A program made the translations under genes and the position numbers. The notes beneath the pieces are model-generated. The model saw nothing but the letters and a program-made list of their open reading frames with translations, had not been told where the DNA came from and did not search any database. Of a DNA stretch of 64,000 nucleotides, positions 1-9,633 are shown piece by piece (positions within the stretch are counted from its first letter, which is position 1; each line of letters opens with the position of its first letter). Source of the DNA: an uncultured Flavobacterium sp. Lineage in GTDB: Bacteria > Bacteroidota > Bacteroidia > Flavobacteriales > Flavobacteriaceae. The stretch covers positions 26,220 through 90,219 of the forward strand of contig NZ_CAWURC010000027.1 of assembly GCF_963925185.1 (NCBI RefSeq). Reading direction: 5' to 3'.

Positions 1-4
1 ATTT

Positions 5-652
5 TTATAATTTAAAATTAGGATCTACTGGACGATACATTAATATACTACCATATCCAGATTCAAGATCATTGATATAATTGTATAAAGGTCTAATCCA
101 TCGGAAACCAGATTTTCTTTGCGGAGTTATTGTAGGATCTGTAAACTTGTTTATTTCCAAAGCGTAACAATATTCCTCAATGGTCATTTTATCTTTAAAT
201 CTTCCGTAACCAATTGTCATTCCGGCTATAATCTGCCCTTTCAATTTCAATTGCTTACAAACTTCATTTCTTGCATTATACATTTCTGTAGAAAGCCCCA
301 GTCCTCTGTATTCTGGTAAAACACCCATGTCAATTCCGTACATCCAATCACCGCCATCTACTTGAGCATTGGTAATCCATAAATTGTCCGTTTCTTCTAA
401 AAAAGTACTATCGTGTTCTGGAAAGTTACATCTGAAAGTGCTAGCAGCAGCAACAATTTTTCCGTCTTCTTCCACAACTATTTGTCCTTCAAAAAAGACC
501 TTGATATGATTAGAAAAATGATCTCTAGTCATTATTTCAGACTCATCTAAAGTAGGATAACACCTAGATTGAACGTACTCCATCTGAATTGCATCAGCTG
601 GAGTAGCGGTTCTCACTATGAATCTATTTTCTAAAATACTTTTAAAAATCAT
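5..652 (-). CDS. GNAT family N-acetyltransferase (YkwB/YhcX-like)
   Basis: 215 aa ORF; acetyl-CoA binding motif VLPEYRGLGLS; N-terminal FPEG-like QIVVE segment seen in GNAT domains that partner nitrilases. Confidence 0.75.
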   Translation of the reverse strand: MIFKSILENRFIVRTATPADAIQMEYVQSRCYPTLDESEIMTRDHFSNHIKVFFEGQIVVEEDGKIVAAASTFRCNFPEHDSTFLEETDNLWITNAQVDGGDWMYGIDMGVLPEYRGLGLSTEMYNARNEVCKQLKLKGQIIAGMTIGYGRFKDKMTIEEYCYALEINKFTDPTITPQRKSGFRWIRPLYNYINDLESGYGSILMYRPVDPNFKL

Positions 653-660
653 TCCTTAAA

Positions 661-2196
661 TTATAATATAAACCCAGCTATAAGGTAAACTACAGATGAA
701 GCTACAAAAATTATTATTTGATAAGGGAATTGAGAAATTCCATGTTTCATCATATCTACTTTACAAGATTGGGCTGTAAGCACTCTATTATCAGAGAAGA
801 AGCAAGCAGCTGCTCCCCAAACTGTTCCAGAAGCCAAAGCTCCTTGTGTTAGCCAAAAGTCAGCATGAAATTGAGCTGATAAAATAGCCGTTGTAGGAAC
901 AAGAATTGCATAAATTCCCCAATTTGAACCCGTTGCCCAGCAAATCCAAGCCACCAATGCAAAAACCACAAATGGCAATGTAGAACCGTTTAACCAACCA
1001 ATTCCTTCTAGGTGTGATGCAACAAACTCATTGAATCCTAACCCATTTTGAACATCTTTTAATAAATAAGTAAAGCCTAAAACCGCTAATACAAAAGTTA
1101 TAGTTTCAAGACCTTTTACAAAATTGTCTGAGATTTTATGGAAATCAACGATTTTAAATATCAAGAAATACAAATAAACAAATACACATGCTGTTGCGAT
1201 ACCTCTTAATGCATCAATATTTCCAAAAATATAATTTATATCGAACTCAAAAGAAGGTCCCCAATAATCAAAATCAAAAGGATAAGGAAAAACAGTACAC
1301 CAAATAAGTACTATTAAAGGAAGTAAAAAATAGATAACTTTACCTTCTTTTTTATCCTTTTTATTAGTTTTTACTTTTTTCTCTTCGATAACAACAGCAG
1401 CTTCTGCGTCTTTTATTCCTTTAAAATCTGGAAGAAGCTCATAAACTACCAAAGCTCCAAGAATCAAGGAAATCCAAGCCGAAAAGTTATACGGAATAGT
1501 ATGTAAAAATGCTTCAATAGGACTTGATATTACTTGTCCAGCACTATCAAGAACTCCTCCTTCAATTGAAGTCAATTGAGTTCCGTAAAAAATTGTCCAA
1601 GTTGAAATTGGGAAAATAATTGTTAACGGCACACAAACAAAACTTAATACCAAAGCAAGTTTATCTCTAGAAACTCCGAATTTATCAGTTATAGGTCTCA
1701 TCGTATTTCCTACAGATAAAGCACTAAAATAATCATCCAAGAAAAAGAAAAAACTTAACCAATAGGTCATCAATAAAGATTGTTTTTTAGTTTTTACATG
1801 TTTTTCAGAATATTTACCCACTGCTTTAATTCCGCCAGAAGCAACAACCATTTGAACAAAAGCGCCATACAATATACATACTAATATTACCCATATTAAT
1901 CCTCCATCATGAGCATCTCTTGCTATTGACGAAAATAATCCGTCAAACATATTTAAAGGAAAAATCATTCCTTCTCCTTCTGGAAACCATTCTGCGGATC
2001 CACCTTGTTGTGCTAAAAGCACAAATCCAATTGCGCAACCTATAATAAGAGGTTCCAATGCCTTTCTGGTAATGATTGCTATTCCTAAAACAGTAAATGC
2101 AGGAACTAGCGCATGCCAATTGATAAAATAACAAAGAACTGCCAATAATAGTAGGGCAACTCCAATAATCGTCGAAACTGATTTCATTGATTTCAT
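661..2196 (-). CDS. NhaC-family Na+/H+ antiporter-like transporter (probable amino acid/amine permease)
   Basis: 511 aa, about 12 hydrophobic segments, FFLDDYF..L.VG..MRP.TDK motif and GTVWG...SD motif typical of the NhaC family. Confidence 0.8.
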   Translation of the reverse strand: MKSMKSVSTIIGVALLLLAVLCYFINWHALVPAFTVLGIAIITRKALEPLIIGCAIGFVLLAQQGGSAEWFPEGEGMIFPLNMFDGLFSSIARDAHDGGLIWVILVCILYGAFVQMVVASGGIKAVGKYSEKHVKTKKQSLLMTYWLSFFFFLDDYFSALSVGNTMRPITDKFGVSRDKLALVLSFVCVPLTIIFPISTWTIFYGTQLTSIEGGVLDSAGQVISSPIEAFLHTIPYNFSAWISLILGALVVYELLPDFKGIKDAEAAVVIEEKKVKTNKKDKKEGKVIYFLLPLIVLIWCTVFPYPFDFDYWGPSFEFDINYIFGNIDALRGIATACVFVYLYFLIFKIVDFHKISDNFVKGLETITFVLAVLGFTYLLKDVQNGLGFNEFVASHLEGIGWLNGSTLPFVVFALVAWICWATGSNWGIYAILVPTTAILSAQFHADFWLTQGALASGTVWGAAACFFSDNRVLTAQSCKVDMMKHGISQFPYQIIIFVASSVVYLIAGFIL

Positions 2197-2376
2197 TCTA
2201 ATTTTGTTTTTGGTTAATAAATAATTAATAGATATTGGTTAATTTTTAAAACCATATTGACATTAAATTACGCAATCGTTATAATTGTAAATAAGTTAAT
2301 TTATATATGATTTTGTTGTAAATCTAACAATATTTTTGATACTGACAAAAATTATTGTTTTTTTTATTAAAAATTG

Positions 2377-2384
2377 TATATTTG
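2377..2384 (+). promoter_or_regulatory. Bacteroidota sigma-A -7 element (TATATTTG) for mmsA operon
   Basis: Exact TAnnTTTG match 23 nt upstream of ATG 2408, TTG-containing -33 region upstream. Confidence 0.6.
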
Positions 2385-2407
2385 AAAAATATATAAATAA
2401 CTTAATT

Positions 2408-3865
2408 ATGATATTCAACGAAGTAAAAAACTTTATAAATGGGGACTTTAAATCCGGAAGTTCAAACAAAATTCATTCTGTTATATCACCTTTAGACGGA
2501 AGTGAACTAACCACATTCAAAGAATCTACAATGGAAGATTTGAATGAAATTGTTGATTTTGCAAAAAAAGCACAAAAAGCATGGCAAAAAGTTACCTTAA
2601 AAGAAAGGGTACAGGTTTTATATAAATACAAACAGTTATTGGAGAATAATAGCCCCGAACTCACTGAAATAATATATCAGGAAAACGGAAAAATTCACTC
2701 TGAAGCAAAAGCCGAAATCGACAAAGCAATCGAACTTACAGAATTTGCTTGTGCCATTCCTCAATTTGTAAATGGTGAAAATATGGAAGTAAGCAAAGGG
2801 GTCTATTGCTCATCGACTCGAAATCCTTTAGGCGTTGTAGCTTCGATAGTCCCTTTTAATTTTCCAAGTATGGTTCCGCATTGGACAGTAGTAAATGCAA
2901 TTGCTCTTGGAAATGCAATGATTTTAAAACCTTCAGAAGCTGTGCCAATTAGCAGTCAATATATTGCAAAATTATTGAAAGAAGCTGGACTTCCTGATGG
3001 CTTATTCAACATTATTAACGGAACACAATCTACAGTTGAGAATCTTTGCGATCATCCAGAAATCAAAGCAATCACTTTTGTAGGTTCTACCAAAGTGGCG
3101 AAAATCGTTTATCAAAGAGCTAGCAACAATTTAAAACAAGTATTGGCTCTTGGCGGAGCAAAAAATCATATTCTTTTATTACCAGATGCACATCCAGATA
3201 TGGCTTCGTCCAATATTGTTGCCTCAATGAGCGGTTGTGCCGGTCAAAGATGTATGGCTGCTGCAACCTTAATTGTCGTTGGGGATTGTGATGCCATTCT
3301 TGATAAATTAATTGGTGATGCCAATAAAATTAAATGTGGAACCACTTTAGGTGCGGTTATTTCGAAAGCTGCCAAAGATAGAATTGAAGGATATATTACC
3401 GAAGCGGAACAGCAAGGTGCCAAAATTATATTGGACGGAAGAAACACCGTTGTTCCCGGAAAAGAAAACGGATTTTATGTTGGACCAACTATTATAGACT
3501 ATGCAACTGCAGATATGAAAATTGCAAGGGAAGAAGTTTTCGGACCTGTTCTAGCGATTGTTCGTGTGAAAACTGTAGACGAAGCTTTAGCTATTGAAAA
3601 TGCAAACCCTTATGGAAATGCCTGTTCGGTATTTACACAAAGTGGCGGTATGGCGAATTATGTTACTGAAAATGCTTCGGCAGGAATGTGTGGAGTAAAC
3701 ATAGGGGTTCCAGTTCCAAGAGAACCTTTTGGTTTTGGAGGATGGAATGAGTCCCGTTTTGGTTCTGGTGATATTACTGGAAAAAGTTCTATTGGATTTT
3801 TTACCAAAGAAAAGAAAACAACTACCAAATGGAATCCTGAAGCAGGAACGAATTGGATGAGCTAA
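2408..3865 (+). CDS. mmsA: CoA-acylating (methyl)malonate-semialdehyde dehydrogenase
   Basis: ALDH fold; PFNFP, GGAKNH, GCAGQRCMA catalytic Cys, EEVFGPV, GVNIGVPVP, FGGWNESRFG; start moved from 2336 to ATG 2408 behind the promoter. Confidence 0.9.
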   Translation: MIFNEVKNFINGDFKSGSSNKIHSVISPLDGSELTTFKESTMEDLNEIVDFAKKAQKAWQKVTLKERVQVLYKYKQLLENNSPELTEIIYQENGKIHSEAKAEIDKAIELTEFACAIPQFVNGENMEVSKGVYCSSTRNPLGVVASIVPFNFPSMVPHWTVVNAIALGNAMILKPSEAVPISSQYIAKLLKEAGLPDGLFNIINGTQSTVENLCDHPEIKAITFVGSTKVAKIVYQRASNNLKQVLALGGAKNHILLLPDAHPDMASSNIVASMSGCAGQRCMAAATLIVVGDCDAILDKLIGDANKIKCGTTLGAVISKAAKDRIEGYITEAEQQGAKIILDGRNTVVPGKENGFYVGPTIIDYATADMKIAREEVFGPVLAIVRVKTVDEALAIENANPYGNACSVFTQSGGMANYVTENASAGMCGVNIGVPVPREPFGFGGWNESRFGSGDITGKSSIGFFTKEKKTTTKWNPEAGTNWMS

Positions 3866-3873
3866 AAGAAAAG

Positions 3874-3894
3874 TTTTCAGTTATCAGTTATCGG
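3874..3894 (+). repeat. Heptamer tandem repeat (TTATCAG-like x3), intergenic
   Basis: ttttcag ttatcag ttatcgg. Confidence 0.6.
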
Positions 3895-3925
3895 TTGGCA
3901 AACCTTAAATAATTAGTAATATATT

Positions 3926-4405
3926 ATGTTAGAAAAAGTTTCCAAAGTTGATTTTTCATATATTTATCAATTGTATATGAATCCCGAAGTAAATCCGTTT
4001 TTGTTATATGAAATGATGGATCAGGAAACATTCCAACCCATATTTGAAGATTTACTTAAAGAAGAAGTTTTATACCTATATAAAGAAAACACAAAAACAG
4101 TAGGGATGTGCAAACTCATTAGACTAAAACACAGAAACGAGCATATCTTTTATTTAGGAGGCGTAGCAATTCATCCAAATAATTTTGGAAAAGGATTTGG
4201 AAGAAAAATGATGCTTGAAATTATCGCTTTTTGCAAAAATAATTCAGTATTGAGAATTGAATTGAGTGTTGCCACTTCAAATGAAAAAGCCATTCGATTA
4301 TATGAAAGTGTAGGTTTTGAAAAAGAAGGGGTTTTGAAAAAATTTACCTATTTAAAAAGTAAAAATGAATTTATTGACGAACAAATGATGGCAATAGTAT
4401 TATAA
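3926..4405 (+). CDS. GNAT family N-acetyltransferase
   Basis: 159 aa; VAIHPNNFGKGFG and N..AIRLYESVGFEKEG motifs. Confidence 0.85.
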   Translation: MLEKVSKVDFSYIYQLYMNPEVNPFLLYEMMDQETFQPIFEDLLKEEVLYLYKENTKTVGMCKLIRLKHRNEHIFYLGGVAIHPNNFGKGFGRKMMLEIIAFCKNNSVLRIELSVATSNEKAIRLYESVGFEKEGVLKKFTYLKSKNEFIDEQMMAIVL

Positions 4406-4524
4406 AATTTAAGACATAAATAAAACAGAATCTAAGCAAAAGCTGATAATCACAGATTTTTAATAGTATAAAAATAAAACCAGCTTAAAATGGTTTTTAT
4501 TGATGCCCGAAAAAAAAACAAATT

Positions 4525-5856
4525 ATGACAAAAGAACAAATAATTTCCGACAGTAAAGAATTCAGTTTATTTTCCTGGTCAGCACAAGCAAGTGTAAATC
4601 CAATTGCTATCGAAAGAGCCGAAGGCGTGTATTTATACGAAATTGGGGGGAAACGAATCATCGATTTTTCGAGCGGATTAATGTCGGTAAATATCGGTCA
4701 CGGTGACCAGCGTGTGACTGCGGCTGTTGTCGAGCAAATGCAAAAAGTAAGTTTCGTGACACCAACTTGCACTACAGAAATTCGTGCTAAATTATCCAGA
4801 AAACTAGCCGAAATCTGTCCGGGTGATTTGAACAAAGCTTTTTATACTTTGTGCGGAACTTCTTCTGTCGATAATGCCATTAAATTAGCCCGACTTTATT
4901 CTGGAAGACACAAAATCATTGGAAGATACAGAGCCTTTCACGGTGGTTCTATTGGCGGAATGTCCGTAGGTGGTGATCCAAGAAAACTGGCCAACGATTC
5001 ACAACAAATGCCAAATGCAGTTCTTCTGGATGATCCCTATTATTACTTTGGAATGAATCATTTAGACGATGCAACAAAATTAAATTTAAGTTTAGAATAT
5101 GTTGAAAGAGTCATTCACTTTGAAGGTAAAGCCAATATTGCTGCCTTTATTTTTGAAGGCGAAAGCGGTTCTTCAGGTTGTTTACATTATCCAAGCGGCT
5201 ATTTAAAAGGCATCAAAGCCCTTTGCGAAAAATACGGAATCCTGTTTATTGCTGATGAAGTTATGAGCGGTTTTGGTAGAACTGGAAAATGGTTCGGATT
5301 TGAAAACCACGATATCATTCCGGATATGGTTTGTATGGCTAAAGGATTGACTTCTTCATACTTGCCACTTGGATGTTTAATGGTTTCCGATAAAATTGCA
5401 GCTAAATTTGAAAACTCACCAATGATGATTGGATTGACTTACAATGGCCATCCGGTCTCTTTGGCGGCAGCATTAGCTGTAATAAACATATACGAAAGTG
5501 ACAAATTAATAGAAAACACTCGAAAAATGAGTGCGTATCTAGAAACTAAAATTGAGGAAATGAGAAGTAAGCACCCAAGTATGGGAGCTTTCAGAAATAC
5601 AGGACTTCTGGGCTGTTTAGATATCTTGAAAAATAAAACCACAGGAGAACTTATTGCTCCTTATAATGCCAGCGGTGATGATTTGAAAGTAACGAATCTA
5701 ATTGCTGCGAAAGTTAGAGAATTAGGATTGTATACTTTTGTGCGTTGGGGTTATATTTTTATCGCTCCTCCTTTGTGCATCAACGAAAAGCAAATAGACG
5801 AAGGCTTAGCAATTATCTCGCAAGCATTAAGCATTGCTGATGAATATGTGGTATAA
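4525..5856 (+). CDS. Class III PLP-dependent aminotransferase (beta-alanine/taurine:pyruvate type)
   Basis: IDFSSGLMSVNIGHG, FIADEVMSGFGRTG, DMVCMAKGLTSSYLPLG (PLP lysine), TYNGHP. Confidence 0.9.
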   Translation: MTKEQIISDSKEFSLFSWSAQASVNPIAIERAEGVYLYEIGGKRIIDFSSGLMSVNIGHGDQRVTAAVVEQMQKVSFVTPTCTTEIRAKLSRKLAEICPGDLNKAFYTLCGTSSVDNAIKLARLYSGRHKIIGRYRAFHGGSIGGMSVGGDPRKLANDSQQMPNAVLLDDPYYYFGMNHLDDATKLNLSLEYVERVIHFEGKANIAAFIFEGESGSSGCLHYPSGYLKGIKALCEKYGILFIADEVMSGFGRTGKWFGFENHDIIPDMVCMAKGLTSSYLPLGCLMVSDKIAAKFENSPMMIGLTYNGHPVSLAAALAVINIYESDKLIENTRKMSAYLETKIEEMRSKHPSMGAFRNTGLLGCLDILKNKTTGELIAPYNASGDDLKVTNLIAAKVRELGLYTFVRWGYIFIAPPLCINEKQIDEGLAIISQALSIADEYVV

Positions 5857-5871
5857 TGAAATTTAATTCCA

Positions 5872-5913
5872 TAAAAATACCTCAAATAGTGTCACACTTT
5901 TTGGGGTAGTTTA
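5872..5913. repeat. Imperfect palindrome between convergent genes; probable bidirectional terminator, resembles fused IS3-type ends
   Basis: aaatacctcaaatagtgt / acactttttggggtagttt inverted arms. Confidence 0.45.
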
Positions 5914-5978
5914 AACTAGATTTGGAGTTTTTTTTAAAACTTATAAAAAACAATCTTTGTAAACGTTTTAACCTAAAA

Positions 5979-6524
5979 TTATTTAGCTTCAAAAATAAAA
6001 TTAATTGAGATCTTAGCATTATCGGCAATTTTACTTTTTACTAAACTAGGGATTTCAATAGCGTAATCTTGTAGTTTTACTAGAATAACGCTCACTACAT
6101 TAATTTTTCCAGCATTTTGAGCAAGACTAATTTTAGTTTTAATTCTTTTCGTTACTCCATGCATAGTTAATTCTCCCTCTAAATCAAAGACCGTTTTAAT
6201 TGATGATAACTTTGAGACCTCAAAATCTATAATTTCCCCTTTGAAAGTTGCTTTTGGAAATTGATCACTTTCGACATAGTTTTCATTAAAATGCTCTTCC
6301 ATCAAAGGAATTTTAAACCTAAAACCTTTCACTAATACTAAAACAGCAATTTCGCCTGTTGCAGCATCAAAAAGACAAGAAGCAGTATTATGCTTAGCTG
6401 CAATTTCTTCAAAGGAAGGCATTGAAGCTTCAAATTTAATTTCTCCAGAACGAGTTATCATCTTTTGAGAAAACGAAACAGTCGATAAAATCAAACATAA
6501 AAGTAAAGTTTTATTCTTTATCAT
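5979..6524 (-). CDS. YceI family lipid/polyisoprenoid-binding protein
   Basis: Signal peptide; LMEEHFNENYVESDQFPKATFKG and GELTMHGVTK motifs. Confidence 0.9.
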   Translation of the reverse strand: MIKNKTLLLCLILSTVSFSQKMITRSGEIKFEASMPSFEEIAAKHNTASCLFDAATGEIAVLVLVKGFRFKIPLMEEHFNENYVESDQFPKATFKGEIIDFEVSKLSSIKTVFDLEGELTMHGVTKRIKTKISLAQNAGKINVVSVILVKLQDYAIEIPSLVKSKIADNAKISINFIFEAK

Positions 6525-6536
6525 AGCTATTGAATT

Positions 6537-6884
6537 TTAATTAGGATATCCGTTTGCTGCCCATTTCTTGATGATATTTATATTGGTCTGAGGCATTCTT
6601 CCGCTTTGTGGCATAACTGCACCACAGGATTGATCATCAATTCTGCAAATTACAGCGCCATTTTCAGTAGCATCCCTTAGTTGGACATAAGTTTCCATTA
6701 TAGGATATTGCTTTCCTGCTGCACTATGACAGGAAAGACAGTTATTCCCAATAATAGGTTTAACATTCGAAGTGTATGTCGGATTAGCAACTTCTCCTGA
6801 AATTTCATCATAAGTTGATGAATCACATGAAAACCCAACATAAAAAGTAATCATCAGAATAAAAATAATTTTTAAAGTTTTCAT
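6537..6884 (-). CDS. Monoheme cytochrome c lipoprotein
   Basis: Lipobox GFSC, heme motif CLSCH, distal MP motif (AVMPQSGRM). Confidence 0.8.
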   Translation of the reverse strand: MKTLKIIFILMITFYVGFSCDSSTYDEISGEVANPTYTSNVKPIIGNNCLSCHSAAGKQYPIMETYVQLRDATENGAVICRIDDQSCGAVMPQSGRMPQTNINIIKKWAANGYPN

Positions 6885-6886
6885 AT

Positions 6887-7750
6887 TTAAAATACTCTAT
6901 ATAAGTTAAACCCAAAATAAATTCCTTTACCATCCGTAATTCCGGTGGCGTTTGTAAAATAAGTAATGTCGTTCATCGCTTGGCTATTCGAAAAAACCAA
7001 TTGAAATACATGACCTCCAGTTTCTATGTCTAAACCAATTGTAGCTGGATTGTGATACAAACTTGTTTCCCTCGCGTTCAGCCTAAAAGTGTATTCCATA
7101 TTAAGACTAATCCTTTTTGATAATTTATATCTTCCACCAAGTGCTAAAAGAAAGTCATCCGATTCTTCAAACATGGGTTCATACAAATTTTTATGAATAT
7201 AAATTGGATTCAATTCCATAGACAAAGAATTCGAAAATTTTCTAGAAATTGGCAATTGCGTACTAAAAGCAAACCGATTAGATGTTTTCAATAGCGGAAA
7301 TTCATCCTCACTTAACTGGGAATTAATATCCATCGTATTATAACCCACAATAGTTACCGGAAAACCATTCACTTCTTGATTCGCAAATTTATATTTTGCA
7401 GTGAACTCGTAATTTTTATTTAAGGTGTGGCGAGAAAACCCAACGGTTAACCATTCTGTCGCACCGTAAAGACCGCCAATTTTACTATTAGCATTATCGA
7501 ACCCAAAGAAGTTATCAAAACCTTCTGTTAAATCTCCAAAACGATGTGCTACTATAAAATACCATTCTCCTTTCGAAGCCAGTTTCGTTGATTGCATTGT
7601 ACAAACTTGCAATCCTTTGAAAGCAGCTGTTTCAATTTCTTTTTTAGAAATTGTATCTGTATCCAACTCTTTGAACAAATCATCTTGTGCATTAACAATA
7701 CTAAAATAAAAAATAAAAAATAATGAGAACGCAATTTTAGATAAATTCAT
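6887..7750 (-). CDS. DUF5777 family outer-membrane beta-barrel protein
   Basis: Signal peptide; HRFG, GLDIETGGHVFQLVFSNS, terminal FGFNLYRVF; likely start ATG 7750. Confidence 0.85.
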   Translation of the reverse strand: MNLSKIAFSLFFIFYFSIVNAQDDLFKELDTDTISKKEIETAAFKGLQVCTMQSTKLASKGEWYFIVAHRFGDLTEGFDNFFGFDNANSKIGGLYGATEWLTVGFSRHTLNKNYEFTAKYKFANQEVNGFPVTIVGYNTMDINSQLSEDEFPLLKTSNRFAFSTQLPISRKFSNSLSMELNPIYIHKNLYEPMFEESDDFLLALGGRYKLSKRISLNMEYTFRLNARETSLYHNPATIGLDIETGGHVFQLVFSNSQAMNDITYFTNATGITDGKGIYFGFNLYRVF

Positions 7751-7752
7751 TT

Positions 7753-8145
7753 TTAATTCAATTTTACTATTAAACATTGATCTAATTTTAACTCTTCTAA
7801 TAGGTCATCATAACCCGTAACTCTTCCTTTTATTTTTACTTGACTATTAAGTACTATCTGTTCCGATACTTGCAATTGACAAGAAACTTTGCCGTCTAAT
7901 GTAATGACATTATCAGTCACACTGGTAACTTTTCCAGTAACCTCAACCGCTTTGTTCAAATATTTTTTTGTTGCCATTTCAGTATTGGCAGAAAACTCTG
8001 CAAAAACATCGCTTGCCGATACACTAAACTCAGATGTTTCTTTTTCTAAATCTCTTGCACCGCCAGTCATTATATAACTATAAGAAAGAAATCCCACAAT
8101 AAGTATAACTGCAAATAACAAGATAATTTTAAGTTTTTTATCCAT
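7753..8145 (-). CDS. Membrane-anchored OB-fold protein (tRNA_anti-like)
   Basis: N-terminal TM helix; KKYLNKAVEVTGKV and VKIKGRVTGYDDLL..LKLDQC; likely start ATG 8145. Confidence 0.75.
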   Translation of the reverse strand: MDKKLKIILLFAVILIVGFLSYSYIMTGGARDLEKETSEFSVSASDVFAEFSANTEMATKKYLNKAVEVTGKVTSVTDNVITLDGKVSCQLQVSEQIVLNSQVKIKGRVTGYDDLLEELKLDQCLIVKLN

Positions 8146-8207
8146 AATTTTAAAAAAAATAGAGTTTACAATAAAATAAACTCTATAAATTATTGATTTA
8201 TATTTTT

Positions 8208-8969
8208 CTAATTCACAATAACTTTTTTCCAAGATTTTTCAGAATCGTTTTGCAATTCTAAGAGATACACCCCTGACTGCATACCATTCACATCAACTGT
8301 AACTTCTCTGGCATCATCCATCACGTCAATTGTTTTAACCAAAGAACCTGTTTGATTGTAGAGTTTTACTTTTGATAAATTAGTTCTGGTTTTAATATAA
8401 AATGCTCCCGACGCAGGATTTGGATAAATTGATGTTGCGTTTAAAGAAAAATCTTCAACTCCAAGAGTGCTAAAGGTTCCTGATGCAAACCCTCTATTAC
8501 CACCGTGATTAGCTAGCGATGTACTTATCGAACCGGAGCGCGCCCAAGCTAAATCAATAGAATTGGTAGAAGCGTAGGGCAATTGAAAATCATTAGAATC
8601 AGAATTTGTTAAATCTCTTTCTAGAGTTAAGGTTCTAACACCGGTTGCAACAGTATTGCTTACTGTTGACCAATTTTGACTAGAATCAGTGGCTGGAGCC
8701 GCATACCCAACATAATTTCTATCAGACAATGCAGTAGTATAAACAAGAACATCGCCGTCTTGCATTCCAAAACCCGATTGAACACCTAAGCCCAATCCAA
8801 ACCATCTATCCGAAGGACCACTTAAAACCAAAGTTACTTTGGAAGTATCATTATTCAAAGTAAAATTAGCCGTAAAATTAGAACCAAGACTGATATCTCC
8901 CGTCGACTTTGATTGCGAAAATGCAGATAAAACCAAAAAACAAAATAATAGGCTAGTAATTTTTTTCAT
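8208..8969 (-). CDS. DOMON-domain protein with T9SS type A C-terminal sorting domain
   Basis: Signal peptide; WFGLG..GM.DGD and LAWA...HG DOMON motifs; C-terminal IYPNP...SGVYLL...KKVIVN. Confidence 0.85.
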   Translation of the reverse strand: MKKITSLLFCFLVLSAFSQSKSTGDISLGSNFTANFTLNNDTSKVTLVLSGPSDRWFGLGLGVQSGFGMQDGDVLVYTTALSDRNYVGYAAPATDSSQNWSTVSNTVATGVRTLTLERDLTNSDSNDFQLPYASTNSIDLAWARSGSISTSLANHGGNRGFASGTFSTLGVEDFSLNATSIYPNPASGAFYIKTRTNLSKVKLYNQTGSLVKTIDVMDDAREVTVDVNGMQSGVYLLELQNDSEKSWKKVIVN

Positions 8970-8975
8970 AGTAAT

Positions 8976-9494
8976 TTATTTTAATAGGTTTATAATTTCT
9001 TCATTATTAGAAAAAACAGCATATTCAAAAGCTGTTTTGTTCTGTTTGCATTTAATTTCTTTGCTGGCTCCCGTTTTTACTAATTTTTTGACCATTTCAA
9101 CATTTTTAAATTGAACGGCAAGCATTAAAGCTGTTATTCCATTGGCATCTGTTAAATCGAGATTTACACTTTTATTAAATAGTTCGTCAACCAGTTGAAA
9201 TTGATTTTTCATTACACAAGCCATTAAAGCCGTTCCATTTTTAGAAACATAATTCAAATCTGCTTGATTGTTGATCAAAAATGTAGCAACTTCTTGATTT
9301 CCTCTATAACAAGCCAAAATGAGCATACTTGATCCATTATCATCAACTGCATTGACTATGCTTTTATCTTTATCAAAAAGCAACTTTATTTCAGATAAAC
9401 TTCCTTTTCTAGCTACATCAAAACAACTATTGTTTTGGGAAAAAACTACATTAATAGCTAGTAGCAAAACTAGTAGACACTTTTTTTTAGACAT
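8976..9494 (-). CDS. Exported ankyrin-repeat protein
   Basis: Signal peptide; repeats SSMLILACYRGN, GTALMACV, GITALMLAV, KTAFEYAV. Confidence 0.9.
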   Translation of the reverse strand: MSKKKCLLVLLLAINVVFSQNNSCFDVARKGSLSEIKLLFDKDKSIVNAVDDNGSSMLILACYRGNQEVATFLINNQADLNYVSKNGTALMACVMKNQFQLVDELFNKSVNLDLTDANGITALMLAVQFKNVEMVKKLVKTGASKEIKCKQNKTAFEYAVFSNNEEIINLLK

Positions 9495-9633
9495 ATTTAC
9501 TATTTAATTAGCCAAATTAGTTAATATTGAAATTTATTTATGATAAACATTTGTTAATTTAATGTTAGTAATTTTCAAGCACTCAAATACAAAATTAGAA
9601 TAAGAATTTGTACTATAATACTGCTTATTCCTT

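Noticed and set aside
2268-2290. LacI-type operator-like TTACGCAATCGTT in the nhaC-mmsA spacer
   Set aside because: Only a half-palindrome, no regulator gene visible in the window; too weak to call
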